Shown: positions 27,829-41,640, counted from the first letter of the stretch. The stretch is DNA of 64,000 nt from Octopus sinensis (GCF_006345805.1 NC_043013.1:38440001-38504000); one strand, 5' to 3'. Translations and numbers: made by a program. The notes: generated by a model from the sequence alone, not told the origin.

Positions 27829-28312
27829 ATTTCTCCTCTAGGCACAAGGCCCGACATTTTTGGAGATGGGGCCTGTCAATTAGATCGATTCCAGTACGCA
27901 ACTAGTACTAATTTATTGATCACGAAATGATGGAAAGCAAAGTCGACCTCGGCGGAATTTGAAGCATAAAGACAGACGAAATACATATTTCTTTACTGCC
28001 CACAAGGGGCTACACACAGAGTGGACAAACAAGGAGAGATAAACGGATTAAATCGATTATATCAACCCCAGTGCGTAACTGATACTTATTTAATCGACTC
28101 CGAAAGGAAGAAAGGCTGTGTTATTGTTATTTGTTATTCGGCGGAATTTGAACACAGAAGGCAGCGGCAGACGATTTACCTATTTCTATACTACCCTAAA
28201 GGATGAAAGGCAAAGTCAATCGCGGCGGAATTCGAATTCAGAACGTAGCGGCAGACGAAATACCGCTACGCATTTCGCCCGGCGTACTAACGTTTCTGCC
28301 AGATCGCTGCCT
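27829..28312 (-). mobile_element. SINE family B, multimeric copy
   Basis: Reverse complement of the family B head (CTGCCAGATCGCTGCCT), three GGCGGAATT(T/C)GAA boxes and tail CTAGGCACAAGGCCCG. Confidence 0.85.
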
Positions 28313-29346
28313 GGACGCCACTAAATATTACAGACCAACTTTAAAGACACAACTAGTATTCTTTATTTCTTCCATTATGGTTGCTTCTCTACTTGTTTGC
28401 TTCGGAGAATACCTGGATTCAGTAATTCCTTCTCTGTAGGTTGGTGCTGCATTCTATTTTAGAAAGAAATGGAGAGATCTTAGGGGCGTTATAGACAACA
28501 ACAAGTGCTCTCTATGTGTAGATCTTTGGCAATAGATTGCATTCCCTGGTGAAGCCCCCTCCTAGTGCTTCAGATTTTGCGGAGAAGTCCTTCTTCTTGG
28601 CTTTGGACTGCTACGTTTGCGTCTGCATATGGTTGTCCATCGAAGATATTGCCTTATAGTGTTGAAAACATGTGTTAGTGGGGAATAAATGCATGTAGAC
28701 CTGCAGTACAGCATGAGAGCAGTGTTTGTTTTTATCGTTACGCGTTATGTACAATTACATTACAAAATTTCAAAATGGTTCTACAATCAAGAAAAAACGT
28801 GACGTGCCCCAACTTCAGCTGTTGTTGACTGTATTGTACATATACTTAACATGGTTCTGCTGTATATAAGGCTGTCGACTAACGAATTTATAAGCAATAG
28901 TCAAACTGTCCATGGCTCCTTTTACAAAACAATCCACAAAAAAACTTGGCTAATTTGATATCATAAAGGAACCAGTATGAAAACTGAGAATTGTGAGTTT
29001 TACTGCAAAGGGATCATTTATATGTATTCTTGTGTTGTAATATGTTGTATTTTCAAAAATAAATATAAACAGAATGAAATTGAATTCATGAATACTTATT
29101 ATTTTTTATTTTTGCATTTTCCCTGCAATAACAGTTGGCGGAGTGGGCACATTTAACGTAATAACAAATGTATCTTAACTGGTGTTTCAAATATACTTTC
29201 GTTTGGTAGAGGGACATCAAGTTTTTCTGATATTCGTGCAAATTATTTCCTCGCTAGTAAAAAAAAGGAAAAAAAAACATATGGGGATTGTGGATATTTA
29301 ATAATATCACTTTTGTACATTCACACACACACATATAAAGATATAA

Positions 29347-29435
<89 letters not shown>

Positions 29436-29959
29436 ATATATAATAATAATTATTAATTGAGGGAATTTTATATATATATATATATATGTAGTGAGAGAAA
29501 GAGAGAGTGTGAGAGAGAGATAATAGAGGAAGGGAGGGAGAGATGGAGAGAGAAAGAGCGATGGGAGAAGAGTGAGAGAGCCTGTCTGACACATGGAGAA
29601 GCAAATTGATTGATCTATCGCTTTACAGATATATCTCCGAATAATATTTTCTTTCCAGTATTTCAAATAATTTATATGGAAATATATCAACGTTGCATCA
29701 TTTACAGTATGGATGTCAATGGTCTGCTACTGTTATTGTTACAATTTTATTATTTTTAAAAACAATGTTATCCGTTAATGGGGCTGGACGATCAAGAAAA
29801 ACTACTTAGACGGGATTGTCCTGACGATTGGTGTGTATCTTGATATATATTATACTGACTGTACGGTGGTGTTTCACTTGGTTTTAGTTGTTTTGTGAAG
29901 TAAGAGATCTCATAAATGATCCCTCGTTTTCAAGCCTGTTTGGCGTACAGCGTTTAGAC

Positions 29960-30272
29960 CAGTGCTACGTAAAGTGGTGGTCCGCGGACCGATGCCGGTT
30001 CGCAAGCCATCAGTCGCGCAGTACGCAGTGAGTTTCCAGAAAAGAAAGAAACATTATAAAATGCTTATCATATGCTTATAAAATGCTTATGTAATATTGT
30101 ATTTTATGTCTACAAAATAAAATATACGAAAGAAAAGTTGTCAACTTTTGTTATATTCATTATATATATTGTTTACAGTATAAATTAATATTACTAAGAA
30201 ATATTACCGGTCCCTGGCACATTGGGGAAAAAAACTGCCGGTACGTCACATCAGATAGTTTGAGAAGCACTA
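29960..30272. mobile_element. hAT/Charlie-type MITE
   Basis: Ends CAGTGCTACGTAAAGTGGTGGTCCGCGGACC and GTTTGAGAAGCACTA are imperfect TIRs. The 8-bp flanks GTTTAGAC and CTCTTGAC match 5/8 and resemble the NTCTAGAN Charlie target. Confidence 0.65.
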
Positions 30273-31303
30273 CTCTTGACGACTAAGCGTTTGCCCCTCA
30301 TTTGTACGATAATGCTATAATATACCATTAAACACACTATCAGTACACAGCGAAACAATATAAGATTCAGAGTGTCAAAAGGGAACTTCTCCCTTGTCAA
30401 TTACCCTCAAAGACATTACCAATCAAATATTGACATTGTATCGTACAGTCTTCAAAATGGACACTGGTTTTGTGTAAAAGAAAATACAGATGCATTAATT
30501 AATTATGATTTTAATTATACACTTATGGCAGCTGTCTTTCAGTTTTTCTAAGCTCTGTAAAAGAACTCGGAAAGTTGGGTCTCCTACGAGGCTTTTCGCG
30601 ATGCCCTTACAGCCAGGAAATTTTCAGCCCTCCATCGTGTAGGATAGAAATATGAACGGTTCGTGCTCTGTTGTTGGATAAAGTGGTTTCAATTCTCCAC
30701 TCATTCTGTTAACCTGCTAGTGACTTAGTACACATGCAACCGTAACACGGTTCTCAGAATCGGAGTGACGCAATTTTTGAAAATGCTGCGCTTTCTAATT
30801 ACAATCAAACGCCATCCGATTGACTTCAATACAATTTCCGACATCTCATTGTCGTTAACAATCTATGGATCACCTCGAGGTTGTTGGATGTGGATGAGTA
30901 TGACGGGTATGGCTGGTAATATTACTGTTGTGGATGGTATTGGTGCATCTAATTCCCGTTCGCACGTAAGCTTCAGTTGCATGATGTTATAGTGGCTATA
31001 ATTATTTACTCTTCCAGAAGTTGTTGTGTTAGTGGTAGTCAAATCCTTTTTTCAGTTCACTAAGAAAAACTTGATGTCGGCGGAAACACTTGATGCCACT
31101 AGCTTTTTGGTAATTGTTGCATCGGTGTCACTTAATCTATACTATCAACAGCAGATGATGTTCTACATTGATTTCTTTTAACTTTAGAATTTTGTTTAAT
31201 GTCTCAGACTTTAACAGAAAAAAAAATTTCCAACCGCATTTCCACCATAGTTTTCTACACAGCATCTTTAAAGTTTTGCTGGTTTCTTTTAGTAGTAGTA
31301 ATG

Positions 31304-31345
<42 letters not shown>

Positions 31346-32414
31346 AGGATAACGAGAAGAAGAAAATGAAAGAGAAATAACTATTAGAAACATTTTTGTT
31401 AGTGTTGTTTTTCACAACCTCACATTTCGCCACCTATGCATGAAATTTTCACTCTCTTCATTCCCTGTCTCAGGCATATTGATATCAGGTATATTATGAG
31501 CTAGTGAAATATTCTGAGCAATGATTTCTGAATGGAAATTAACTCGAATGTATCCGAATGTATCTATATACATGTCCTGCAAAATTCATATATCACATGT
31601 TCGTTAAATATAGTCCAGCAGCCTGGTTTGAATGTCAACACTCCATAAAGAATTATTTCCATTTCAAATTGTTGTAAAAATGGTTGTGTTGTATTGTGAA
31701 AATCTTTCTTACTTGGTGTATGTCTATATGTTTTTCCGCCGTTTTAAATGATCCTTCTAATAATAAAGATAGATGAAATCGTAAACGTTTGTGATCTAGA
31801 CGAAATAATTTTTTTAATGGTAGTTCTACTGCTGCTGCTGCTGGTTCTACAGTTATTATCACCGTTGTTGTTAGTAACATTTGTTTTTCTTTTAGGGTAA
31901 TGGAAAGGGTGATGTTATGCATGATCTTATGCTGATGGTGATTTTACGGGGTTCATTTATTGATACGGCGTTCTTTTTGCTACCACTGCTGTTGTATTTA
32001 TGATTGTTATTGATGAGACTGATATAGGTGATAGTATTACTGCTCCGTGCAACTATATGGTAGAGGATAACTGCGAAAGATGGTTTCAATTTAAAAACCT
32101 CATCGACATTTCCTCTCTTGGTGGTTGGCGACAAAGAGTACGGCATTTTGATTTTATTTCCTATGCTTGAAAAATGTTCTCACTTTTAAAATTTGCCCTG
32201 CAGGGCGAGAAACAAATAAGCCAGATCAAATTAGCGTTCTCGACAATTAAGAAATGAAGCAGAACAATAAGATTTAAAAAGCAGACTTCTACAAAGGTGA
32301 AAAACCAACAGACACGGTGCTTGCAGAAATGTCCAGTTTTAGTGATAATCGAAAGCAACCGCTTTAATACTGCTGCTGCTAAAGGTGATGCTAATGATGA
32401 CGATCCTTTTTGAT

Positions 32415-32603
32415 ATAGGTGCAAGGACTGAAATTTTCGGGGAGTGGGCTACTCGATTACATCGACCCTTGTGCTTGACTGGTACTTAATTTATCGGCCC
32501 CCGAAAGGATGAAAAGCAGAATTTGAACTTGGAATGTAGCAGCGGTCGAAATACCGCTAAGCATTTCGTCCAGAGAGCTAACGATTCTGCCATCTCGCTA
32601 CCT
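32415..32603 (-). mobile_element. SINE family B, monomeric
   Basis: TGGTACTTAATTTATCGGCCCCCGAAAGGATGAAA core and head CTAACGATTCTGCCATCTCGCTACCT. Confidence 0.8.
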
Positions 32604-32607
32604 CTTC

Positions 32608-33240
<633 letters not shown>

Positions 33241-33579
33241 TAATAGTCCTATATTCTACAAGAATCCTGAGAGAAATTCATGAGATTTGAGGAGATTTGT
33301 CACTAGACATCAACATATAATACCTGCTAACTAAATTAGCATTCACCAGCTAATAACAACGGTGGTGATGATGACGACTGCAATGCTGAAGTGGAGGTGG
33401 ATGACAATGAAGAATATAATGGCGATGTGAGATGATTATGATGAGGATGAAGGCGATCGTTGATGATATGCGAAATATATAAGTAATAAATTATAAAGAG
33501 GCTTATGAATTGATTTTTAATGAATGCCCTTCGCATCTCCATGTATGTATGTATATATCTGCACAAATGCACACACACT

Positions 33580-33646
<67 letters not shown>

Positions 33647-33689
33647 ATATATAGACAATCATACATATATACATATTTATATATATATA

Positions 33690-33755
<66 letters not shown>

Positions 33756-34609
33756 ATTTGCATATATGTATGTGCGTGTGTGTGTGTACCAAACTGCATC
33801 TGTGTATGTAAGCGTTTGTAAATCCCTATACCTATATGCTCTTAGAAGAAAGAAAAAATTAGTCGTTCGCAGTTTAGATGAGGGTCGCAGCAAAGAGCTT
33901 CTAAGAAATGGAATCCACTGGGTCTGTTCTATAGATACGTATCTTTGGTATTTTATTAAGCATCTTTCATTTTTGCTCGTCGTATTTTACTCTTGCTTTT
34001 GTCGGCCTAATATTTGATATTGTTATTCTTTCTGCTTTTGTTCGTGTAATTTTTGTTGTTGTTGTTGTCGTCCCCGATTCTATTGTTGTAAAATATAATT
34101 TGCAGCTATTTTTTATCCTCATCATTTTCACACCATCGTCATTGAATTTTTTTGGAACATGCTCTTATCGTCATAGTATCAATTGTATTTTGTTGGTGTT
34201 CTTGACATTGGAGTCATTCTCCTCGTCAGCGTCGTGGCCATGTTTGTTGTCTTCCTCATCATCGCCGACGCCATTCTTAATTGTTTTTGTTCATGCTACT
34301 TCTTCACCAACTCCGTTTACGATGTAGATGTTGTTGTTGCTGTGGTTGTTGTTATTGTTGCGGTTTATATCAATGTTCTCTTCGTTGTTGTTGCTGTTCA
34401 ATTCTATGCGTATATATGCTGTAAAAAAACACCAAAAATTTATAACAAAAAATAAGATGGCCATATTTTTACTAAATTTCCAGGGAAAATTTTTAGACAA
34501 ATCATTAAATATAACAATAACAAAAAATAAAAATCAGCGAAAAACAACACCAACAAAAATGTTTCTAATAATTATTTCTCTTTCATTTCCTTCTTCTCGT
34601 TATTCTTAC

Positions 34610-34649
34610 TACTGCTGCTACTACTACTACTATTACTACTACTACTACT

Positions 34650-34690
<41 letters not shown>

Positions 34691-34694
34691 AACT

Positions 34695-34776
<82 letters not shown>

Positions 34777-34830
34777 ATACTACTACTACCACCACCACCA
34801 CCACCACCACCACCACCACCACCACTACCA
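34610..34830. repeat. (CTA)n/(CCA)n tract
   Basis: Direct reading. Confidence 0.9.
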
Positions 34831-35269
34831 TTATTTTATTTTCTCTCCCTTTAGTCAAACGTCCACCATATTTCGCTAAGAATAATCTATAAATTTTCTA
34901 TACACCGAATGAATAAATAAATAAAAAAAATTTAAGAAAAAGACAAATAAATAAATAAATAAATAAAATCCCATACAAATACAAATATTCCATACAAATA
35001 TTTCATGGCTATTTGTTTCTTTCGGGATTTTCTTTTCATTTCCTTTCATTTCTTTCCTTCATCACATTCTTAATATCTCTCTCTATTCCGCCGTTTCTGT
35101 TTTTGTTATATTGTCACTCCTACACAAGTTTTCTTCCATTTTCTCGAAAAATATTAGTAAGTTTAGCTAAAAATTTTTCTGTGTGAAAACTGCAATAATT
35201 ACAAATCTACAGTTATTTTTATATCTGTAAATTTGATCAATTTTATCCTAAGTTCAATTTTATACCAGG

Positions 35270-35373
35270 CAAATCGTTACTTTATTATTATTATTATTAC
35301 AATTCTTCTTCTTCTTCTCTTCTTCTTCTTCTTCTTTTCTTCTTCTTCTTTCTTCTTCTTCTTCTTCTTCTTC

Positions 35374-35412
<39 letters not shown>

Positions 35413-35734
35413 ATTATTATTATTATATTATTATTATTATTATATTATTATTATTATTATATTATTATTATTATTTTTTAATTATTATTATTATTATCAT
35501 TATTATTATTTTTTAATTATCATTATTATATTATTATTATTATTATTTTATTATTATTTTATTATTATTATTACTATTATTATTATTATTATTATTTTTA
35601 TTTTTATTATTATTATTATTACTATTATTATTATTAGTATTAATATTATTATTATTATTATTATTATTATTTTATTATTACTATTACTATTATTATTATT
35701 ATTATTATTTTTTATTATTATTTTATTATTATTA

Positions 35735-35779
<45 letters not shown>

Positions 35780-35825
35780 TACTATTATTATTATTATTAT
35801 TATTATTTTATTATTATTATTATTA

Positions 35826-35857
<32 letters not shown>

Positions 35858-35892
35858 CATCATTATTATTATTATTATTGTTATTATTATTA

Positions 35893-35938
<46 letters not shown>

Positions 35939-35965
35939 TTATTATATATTATTATTATTATTATT
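35270..35965. repeat. (CTT)n followed by about 600 bp of imperfect (ATT)n
   Basis: Direct reading. Confidence 0.92.
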
Positions 35966-36127
35966 CGAAAAAATAATTTGCAGTAATTACAAAAGTGAGA
36001 AATACGGTTTATACTTTTCTTTAAAACGTTAGAAATAAGTTATACGAGATGCGCTGATGTTTATTCTATTACTACGCATAATAGTTCTGTTGCTCTAAGT
36101 TTTAATGCTTTGTAATATTTTATTTGT

Positions 36128-36430
36128 GGAGGCACATGGCCTAGCGGTTAGAGCAGCGGACTCGTGCTCGAGGGATCACGGGTTCGAATCCCAGACCAGG
36201 CGATATGTGTGTGTTTATGAGCGAAACACCTAAGCCCCACGCGGCTCCGGCAGAAGGTAATGGCGAACTTCTACTGACTCTTTCGCCACAACTGTCTCTC
36301 ACTCTTTCCACCTGCATCTTGCACCTCACCTGCGACGGACCGGCGTCGCGTCGAGGTGGATTACCTATAGGCCAAGGAAACCGGCGCTTATGAGAGAGGC
36401 GTTGCTCGAGAAAGAACACACAACAAACAA
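36128..36430 (+). mobile_element. tRNA-derived SINE, family A head and body with a different 3' tail
   Basis: A box TGGCCTAGCGG and B box GGTTCGAATCCC. Homologous to family A up to CACAACTGTCTCTCACTCTT (about 36307), then an unrelated tail ending in CAACAAACAA. Confidence 0.88.
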
Positions 36431-36456
36431 TCATTTATGTGTGCGTGCGTGCGTGC

Positions 36457-36528
<72 letters not shown>

Positions 36529-36559
36529 AGCAAACCACTATGCGGTTTCTATACAAAAC

Positions 36560-36780
36560 TTAACACAGCAAATATCCCGTTATATTCCCACAAATATGAA
36601 AGAATTACTTCCAAGAAAGTGAGAGGACACTCCATAAAATTGGCCATGGAAAGAAATTGGAACAGAGTTTGCTAGTAGAGTCCCAGAAGGTAATATCATG
36701 GCTAACGTAAAGAGAAAGTCGCCAGGGTCAGCCTTTCAGGTGTAGATACGTTTTCCTCTCCTATCGTTTCTTTAGTCGTA
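36560..36780 (+). mobile_element. Possible old RTE-LINE ORF C-terminal relic
   Basis: Weak resemblance of LYSHKYERITSKKVRGHSIKLA and YHG*RK...VDT to the RTE C-terminal pattern LYG.LPKIS.KIR.RRLKLAGH...HGKRKRGRP..TYVDTL. Confidence 0.3.
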
Positions 36781-37489
36781 CAAGATCTCATGAGTTGTCT
36801 GTCTTCTTAATTACCTTGGCAAAACCTATGACATTGGAATATGCCTGCCGATGGCATAAGCTTGAGCTAGCGATATATTAGTAGATAGCTTAAATGCAGA
36901 TCCTGCCAGGATAACAACATTGAAATTTCATGTAAAATAATAATATTTTGTATTAGAAAACTCAATCGAACCATATGTTGTTCACATTGTAGTTTGCATT
37001 AACAAATCTGTTTTGATAGGGAGCCCCACAAAATACTGTAGTTAGTTGAGAAAAATATATCTCATACTGTACATTATGAGAGAGTATGGCATAGTGATCA
37101 GGGAGTTCTAACCAGGATCGCGAGATCGTGGTTTCAACCACCGGACCAGGTACTCTGTTCGAAAGTAAAATCATATTTTTGCGATCATTTCGACATAAAA
37201 TATAAAGCGCGTGGTACACCGTGCGTCTATCCAGGCAATATCGAATTAAAGTATCTCTCTTTTTCGAAGAAAAGTATATCTCTTTTACTCTTTCATACTT
37301 TTACTCTCCTTTCAATGATCTCTGTCTCCCTCCCTCTCTTTCTCTCTTTCTCTCTCTCCTCTTTTTCTCTTCCTCTCTCATTTACTTCAACTTTGCAATT
37401 AGATCTTTCTGTACACTTGACGCTCTCGCTCTCGATAATCCTGTCGTAATTTTCTCTACGTTCCCATTTTCGTGTAGTCGAACAAGTCG

Positions 37490-37852
37490 AACAAGAGCAC
37501 TCAAAGATCGTAAACCTTCATCAAGGTAACACCAACATCCTCTCAACGATTAGCCAGAGATGATTTTTAAAATATCTGAAATAAACTCGATTGCTCTCAC
37601 GAAAGAGAATACTAAAAATGAACCGGACCGCTCCCAAAAATTAAGTGAAAAACGGGAAAAATAATCCAGAACCCTTGTCCGGTACCTTATCGACCCAAAG
37701 TCTAATCAGTTCGTGCCAGTCACGAGGCCAAATATCCCTGAAATTTTCACCCGAATCCATCGAGCGGTCCTTGAGTTATCTTGCACTCGGACAAACGACC
37801 AAACAAACACGACTGAAATAATACCTCCACCTTCGCTAAGGCGGAGGTAATT
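37490..37852 (-). mobile_element. Helentron-associated non-autonomous element (HINE/DINE-1-like)
   Basis: The minus-strand 5' end TTACCTCCGCCTT-AGCG-AAGGTGGAGGTA is a 12-bp hairpin (37822-37849), followed by a GTTTGTTTGGTCGTTTGTCC microsatellite-like stretch. The 3' end CCTTGATGAAGGTTTACGATCTTTGAGTGCTCTTGTT carries a degenerate sub-terminal repeat and ends in TT. Confidence 0.65.
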
Positions 37853-37974
37853 AGAATGTTTTGTGGACAAAATGCGCAGCCTTGCGCCCGTAAGTGAAAT
37901 CACTAATACCGGGCATAACATGTATTGTAGTATTTTGTTATATCCCTTTACCTGCAAACATATTGGATTCAAAT

Positions 37975-38105
37975 TTTAGCACTAGGGCAGAAAATTCCGG
38001 GGACAGGGTAAGTGCATTACATCGACCACAGTGCTCAGCTGGTACTAGTTTTATCGACACCGAATGGGCAAAAGGTAAAGTCGAACTCGGCAGTATTTGA
38101 AGTAG
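37975..38105 (-). mobile_element. SINE family B, 3' fragment
   Basis: ATTACATCGACCACAGTGCTCAGCTGGTACTAGTTTTATCGACACCGAA...AAAGTCGAACTCGGCAGTATTTGAA. Confidence 0.7.
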
Positions 38106-38397
38106 CTACTTGAATTAAGGTATATTTTCTTTTATTGAGGGAAAGTCTGTTATAGAAGAAGAATGAAGCCTGGCACTACACGTGAATGAGGCACGAAAGG
38201 GCGAAAAGAAAAGGCTGCCTACGCTCAGAGAAGTCATAAGAGGAAAACTATATAAACTAGTGAAAAACATGGACGAACTGTTCAGGGAAGTCTACATCGG
38301 AAACATGAGAGATCTAAATACTTAGCAGCCTCTTCGGCTGTGCAGTCCCTTGGGTTTAAAAGTGAAAGAAAACCAATGGACAGAGCCACATGGTGGG

Positions 38398-38693
38398 ATT
38401 CTTCTTCTTCTTCTTCTTCTTCTTCTTCTTCTTCTCTTTTTCTTTTCTTCTTCTCTTCTTCTTCTTCTTCTTCTTCTTCTTCTTCTTCTTCTCTTCTTCT
38501 CTTCTTCTTCTTCTTCTTCTTCTCTTCTTCTCCTTCTTCTTCTTCTTCCCCTTCTTCTTCTCTTCTTCTTCTTCTTCTTCTTCTTCTCCTTCGTTTCTTC
38601 TTCTTCTTCTTCTTCTTCTTCTACATATGTATTATAATTACTATTACGTTTATGGTGCTGCAGCTGATAACGATGATGATGATGATGATGATG

Positions 38694-38736
<43 letters not shown>

Positions 38737-38880
38737 GAAGAAGAAGAAGAAGAAGAAGAAGAATAAGAACAACAACAACAACAACAATTCTTTCTTCTTA
38801 TTTTTCTTTTTTTTCTTCTTCTTCTTATTGTTATTATCATTATGCCAAGACAACCTTGTCTTTTTTATTATTATTATAAT
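38398..38880. repeat. (CTT)n-(GAT)n-(AAT)n-(AAG)n-(AAC)n compound tract
   Basis: Direct reading. Confidence 0.92.
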
Positions 38881-39064
38881 ATTCTTCCTTTTATTTCCCC
38901 AGATTATAAGGTCAACCATATATATTTCCACTGTGACACTGCTAACACAACGTCTACAGTTTCTCAGGAAGAAATCGAAACGTACTTAATACGAGCTTTA
39001 TCATATATTTCTTCCTTTTTCTTATATATATTTTCCCTTTTTTTACCTATTTGTTTCTTGTCTT

Positions 39065-39114
<50 letters not shown>

Positions 39115-39499
39115 CCCTCTTCTTTTCATTGCCTTTGATGTCGTTCATAACTGGAAGCGTTTTCGGTATTGGCATCATATGGCAGCATAAGGCACGAAGA
39201 TGATCGACGAATAAATTCTTCAGAGTTTTGAAAAGAATATCTGCTGTGCCTTAGGTCAAAGCTATGCTTTTACAGAAACATTATCTGACCAATTGGGATC
39301 TAGTCATTGTTATGATGCAATAAGATTCCATAAAATAAATCGGCCATTGGCCCTCTGTAGGAACACAATGATCGCTTCGTAAGCTTGATCAATATGGAAA
39401 GATTCACGACGCCTGCTCATCAAAAGTTAATGATTCTTTCATCTTTGATATGTAGCGAAAGCTATTAAAATTATGAAAATATCCTATGGAAACCATCAA

Positions 39500-39666
39500 T
39501 CTCCAATATTACGCACACATACACGCACATACACACGCACACGCACAACATGCATACGCAAGCACACGCACACATACTCATAGATATAGACAAATATATA
39601 CAAAACTAAATTAACTTCACACGCATACACATAGACGCACATAAACCATACAGAAACGCACACACA

Positions 39667-39714
<48 letters not shown>

Positions 39715-39945
39715 TATATATGTATATATATATATATATATAATATATATATATATATATAATATATAATATATTATATATGTGTATATATATATATATA
39801 TAATATATATATATATACACATATATACATATATATATACATACATTTATATATATATAATACACAGCACACATACACAACACGAATATTATATGTGGCA
39901 TACATATGCATGCCGATGTGTGAATTATGTGTGAATGTATAAGTG

Positions 39946-39976
<31 letters not shown>

Positions 39977-40004
39977 GTACATATGTACGTGTGGAATTGT
40001 GTAG

Positions 40005-40101
<97 letters not shown>

Positions 40102-40374
40102 TGTGTGTTTGTGTGTGTGTGTGTGTGTGTGTTGTGTGTAACTACATATACGTATACGTATTTCGTACGTGCACACATACACATACGCAAAAACACACAC
40201 ATACCTATTTCCCTGTGTTTAAGATGAGCGGGCTGGTAGAGTGTATGTTGTTATATATATCACATTAATATATATGCAAATATATGTAGATGCAGAAAGG
40301 CACCGAGGAGAGACATTATACATACGTACACAGACATATGCATGCTTTGTGTGTGTGTGCATGACGGAATGAAT

Positions 40375-40430
<56 letters not shown>
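39500..40430. repeat. (CA)/(TA)/(TG) compound dinucleotide region
   Basis: Direct reading. Confidence 0.9.
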
Positions 40431-40913
40431 GTGTCTGTGTTTGAATATATGCGTATATATTTGTAGAAAGATGTTGTGGATGAGAGAGATTGAAATGAAG
40501 AAGCTGCTGACGCTTGAATAGCATCAATGAGTCAGAGATTACATGAGGAAAATTAAGGCTGTGCACTAGCATGGGCATGCCTTTACAAATGTAAACAATA
40601 AAAGAATGAATGAATAAAAGAATATAAGAATATACACTGTATATTCATGCATAAACAATTTTATATTCATATTCACATATCTCTAATTTACGCGTGCGTA
40701 TAGATATGCTTGTATATACTTATGTATGTATATGTCTGCAGTTATATATATGATTATATGTATATATATATAAACACATACCTATATACATACATGTATA
40801 TATATGTATATGTATCTGTGTGCATATATACGTAAATATATGTGCGTTTATTTTTGTATATATGTATGTATATATATACACACAAACACACATATATGTA
40901 TGTATATGATTTC

Positions 40914-41640
40914 ATATTTGATCTGGTGTCCTCCTATGAGCTGTGGCCATGCTGGTGCGCCGCCACTTGGTGTTGCTACATAATTTTACTCCACTAATTC
41001 TTTTTATAAATTTGTCGCCATGTGTATGAGGGAGTTTCATGCTGCTGCACTTTCCGCTGTGAAGTTGGTTCATCTGGGTCACCTGAATGTAAGAGGTCTA
41101 ATTTCGTTGGCATGTAGGTCTCTCGGGTTCTTCGGGAGGATATCAAAGAACTGTGAGCAATTAAAGCCCAGGCTGTTGCAATATTTTACCCTATATCTTG
41201 ATGGCAAATTTGGAATTTGCAGTGGCTCCAGTCCCTCTAGTATCTTCCAGATCGATATTATGGCATATCGTTCCCGCCTCCGTTCTAAGGAATAGAGTCT
41301 CAATGTCTTGAGTATTTCCCAGTAGCTTATATGCTGCATAGCGGCTATCTTCATCGTGTGGCTTCGTTGGATTGCCTCTCAAGTTCTGCAATTAACTTTA
41401 GACTTGTTGGTGACCATAGCTGGGAGCAATAGTCAAAGGGGCTCAGGACAATTGTCCTCCAGAGGGTTTCTTGATCTCTCGTTCTACAAGAACATGCAAC
41501 GATGCATCATTATGCATGTAAATGCCCAGGTCTCGCACTGGTTGTGACTCTGGAATTGTCATCTCTCCAGGTCCAGTGTATTTAATTGGTATTGCATTTT
41601 GTTTTGCATGCTGATAGCACAAGGCTTGGAACTTTTCAAT
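40914..41640 (-). mobile_element. CR1-clade LINE, 5'-truncated 3' end (ORF2 C-terminus and 3' UTR), degraded
   Basis: Minus-strand peptides EKFQAL, VRDLGIYM, FDYCSQLWSP and SYWEILKTLRLYSLERRRERYAIISIWKILEG are typical of the CR1/L2 ORF2 end. The 3' tail reads TGGCGGCGCACCAGCATGGCCACAGCTC. Confidence 0.88.

Noticed and set aside
28480-28690. Possible minus-strand RTE relic (IRQYLRW, KPRRRT)
   Set aside because: Similarity too weak and fragmentary to call.
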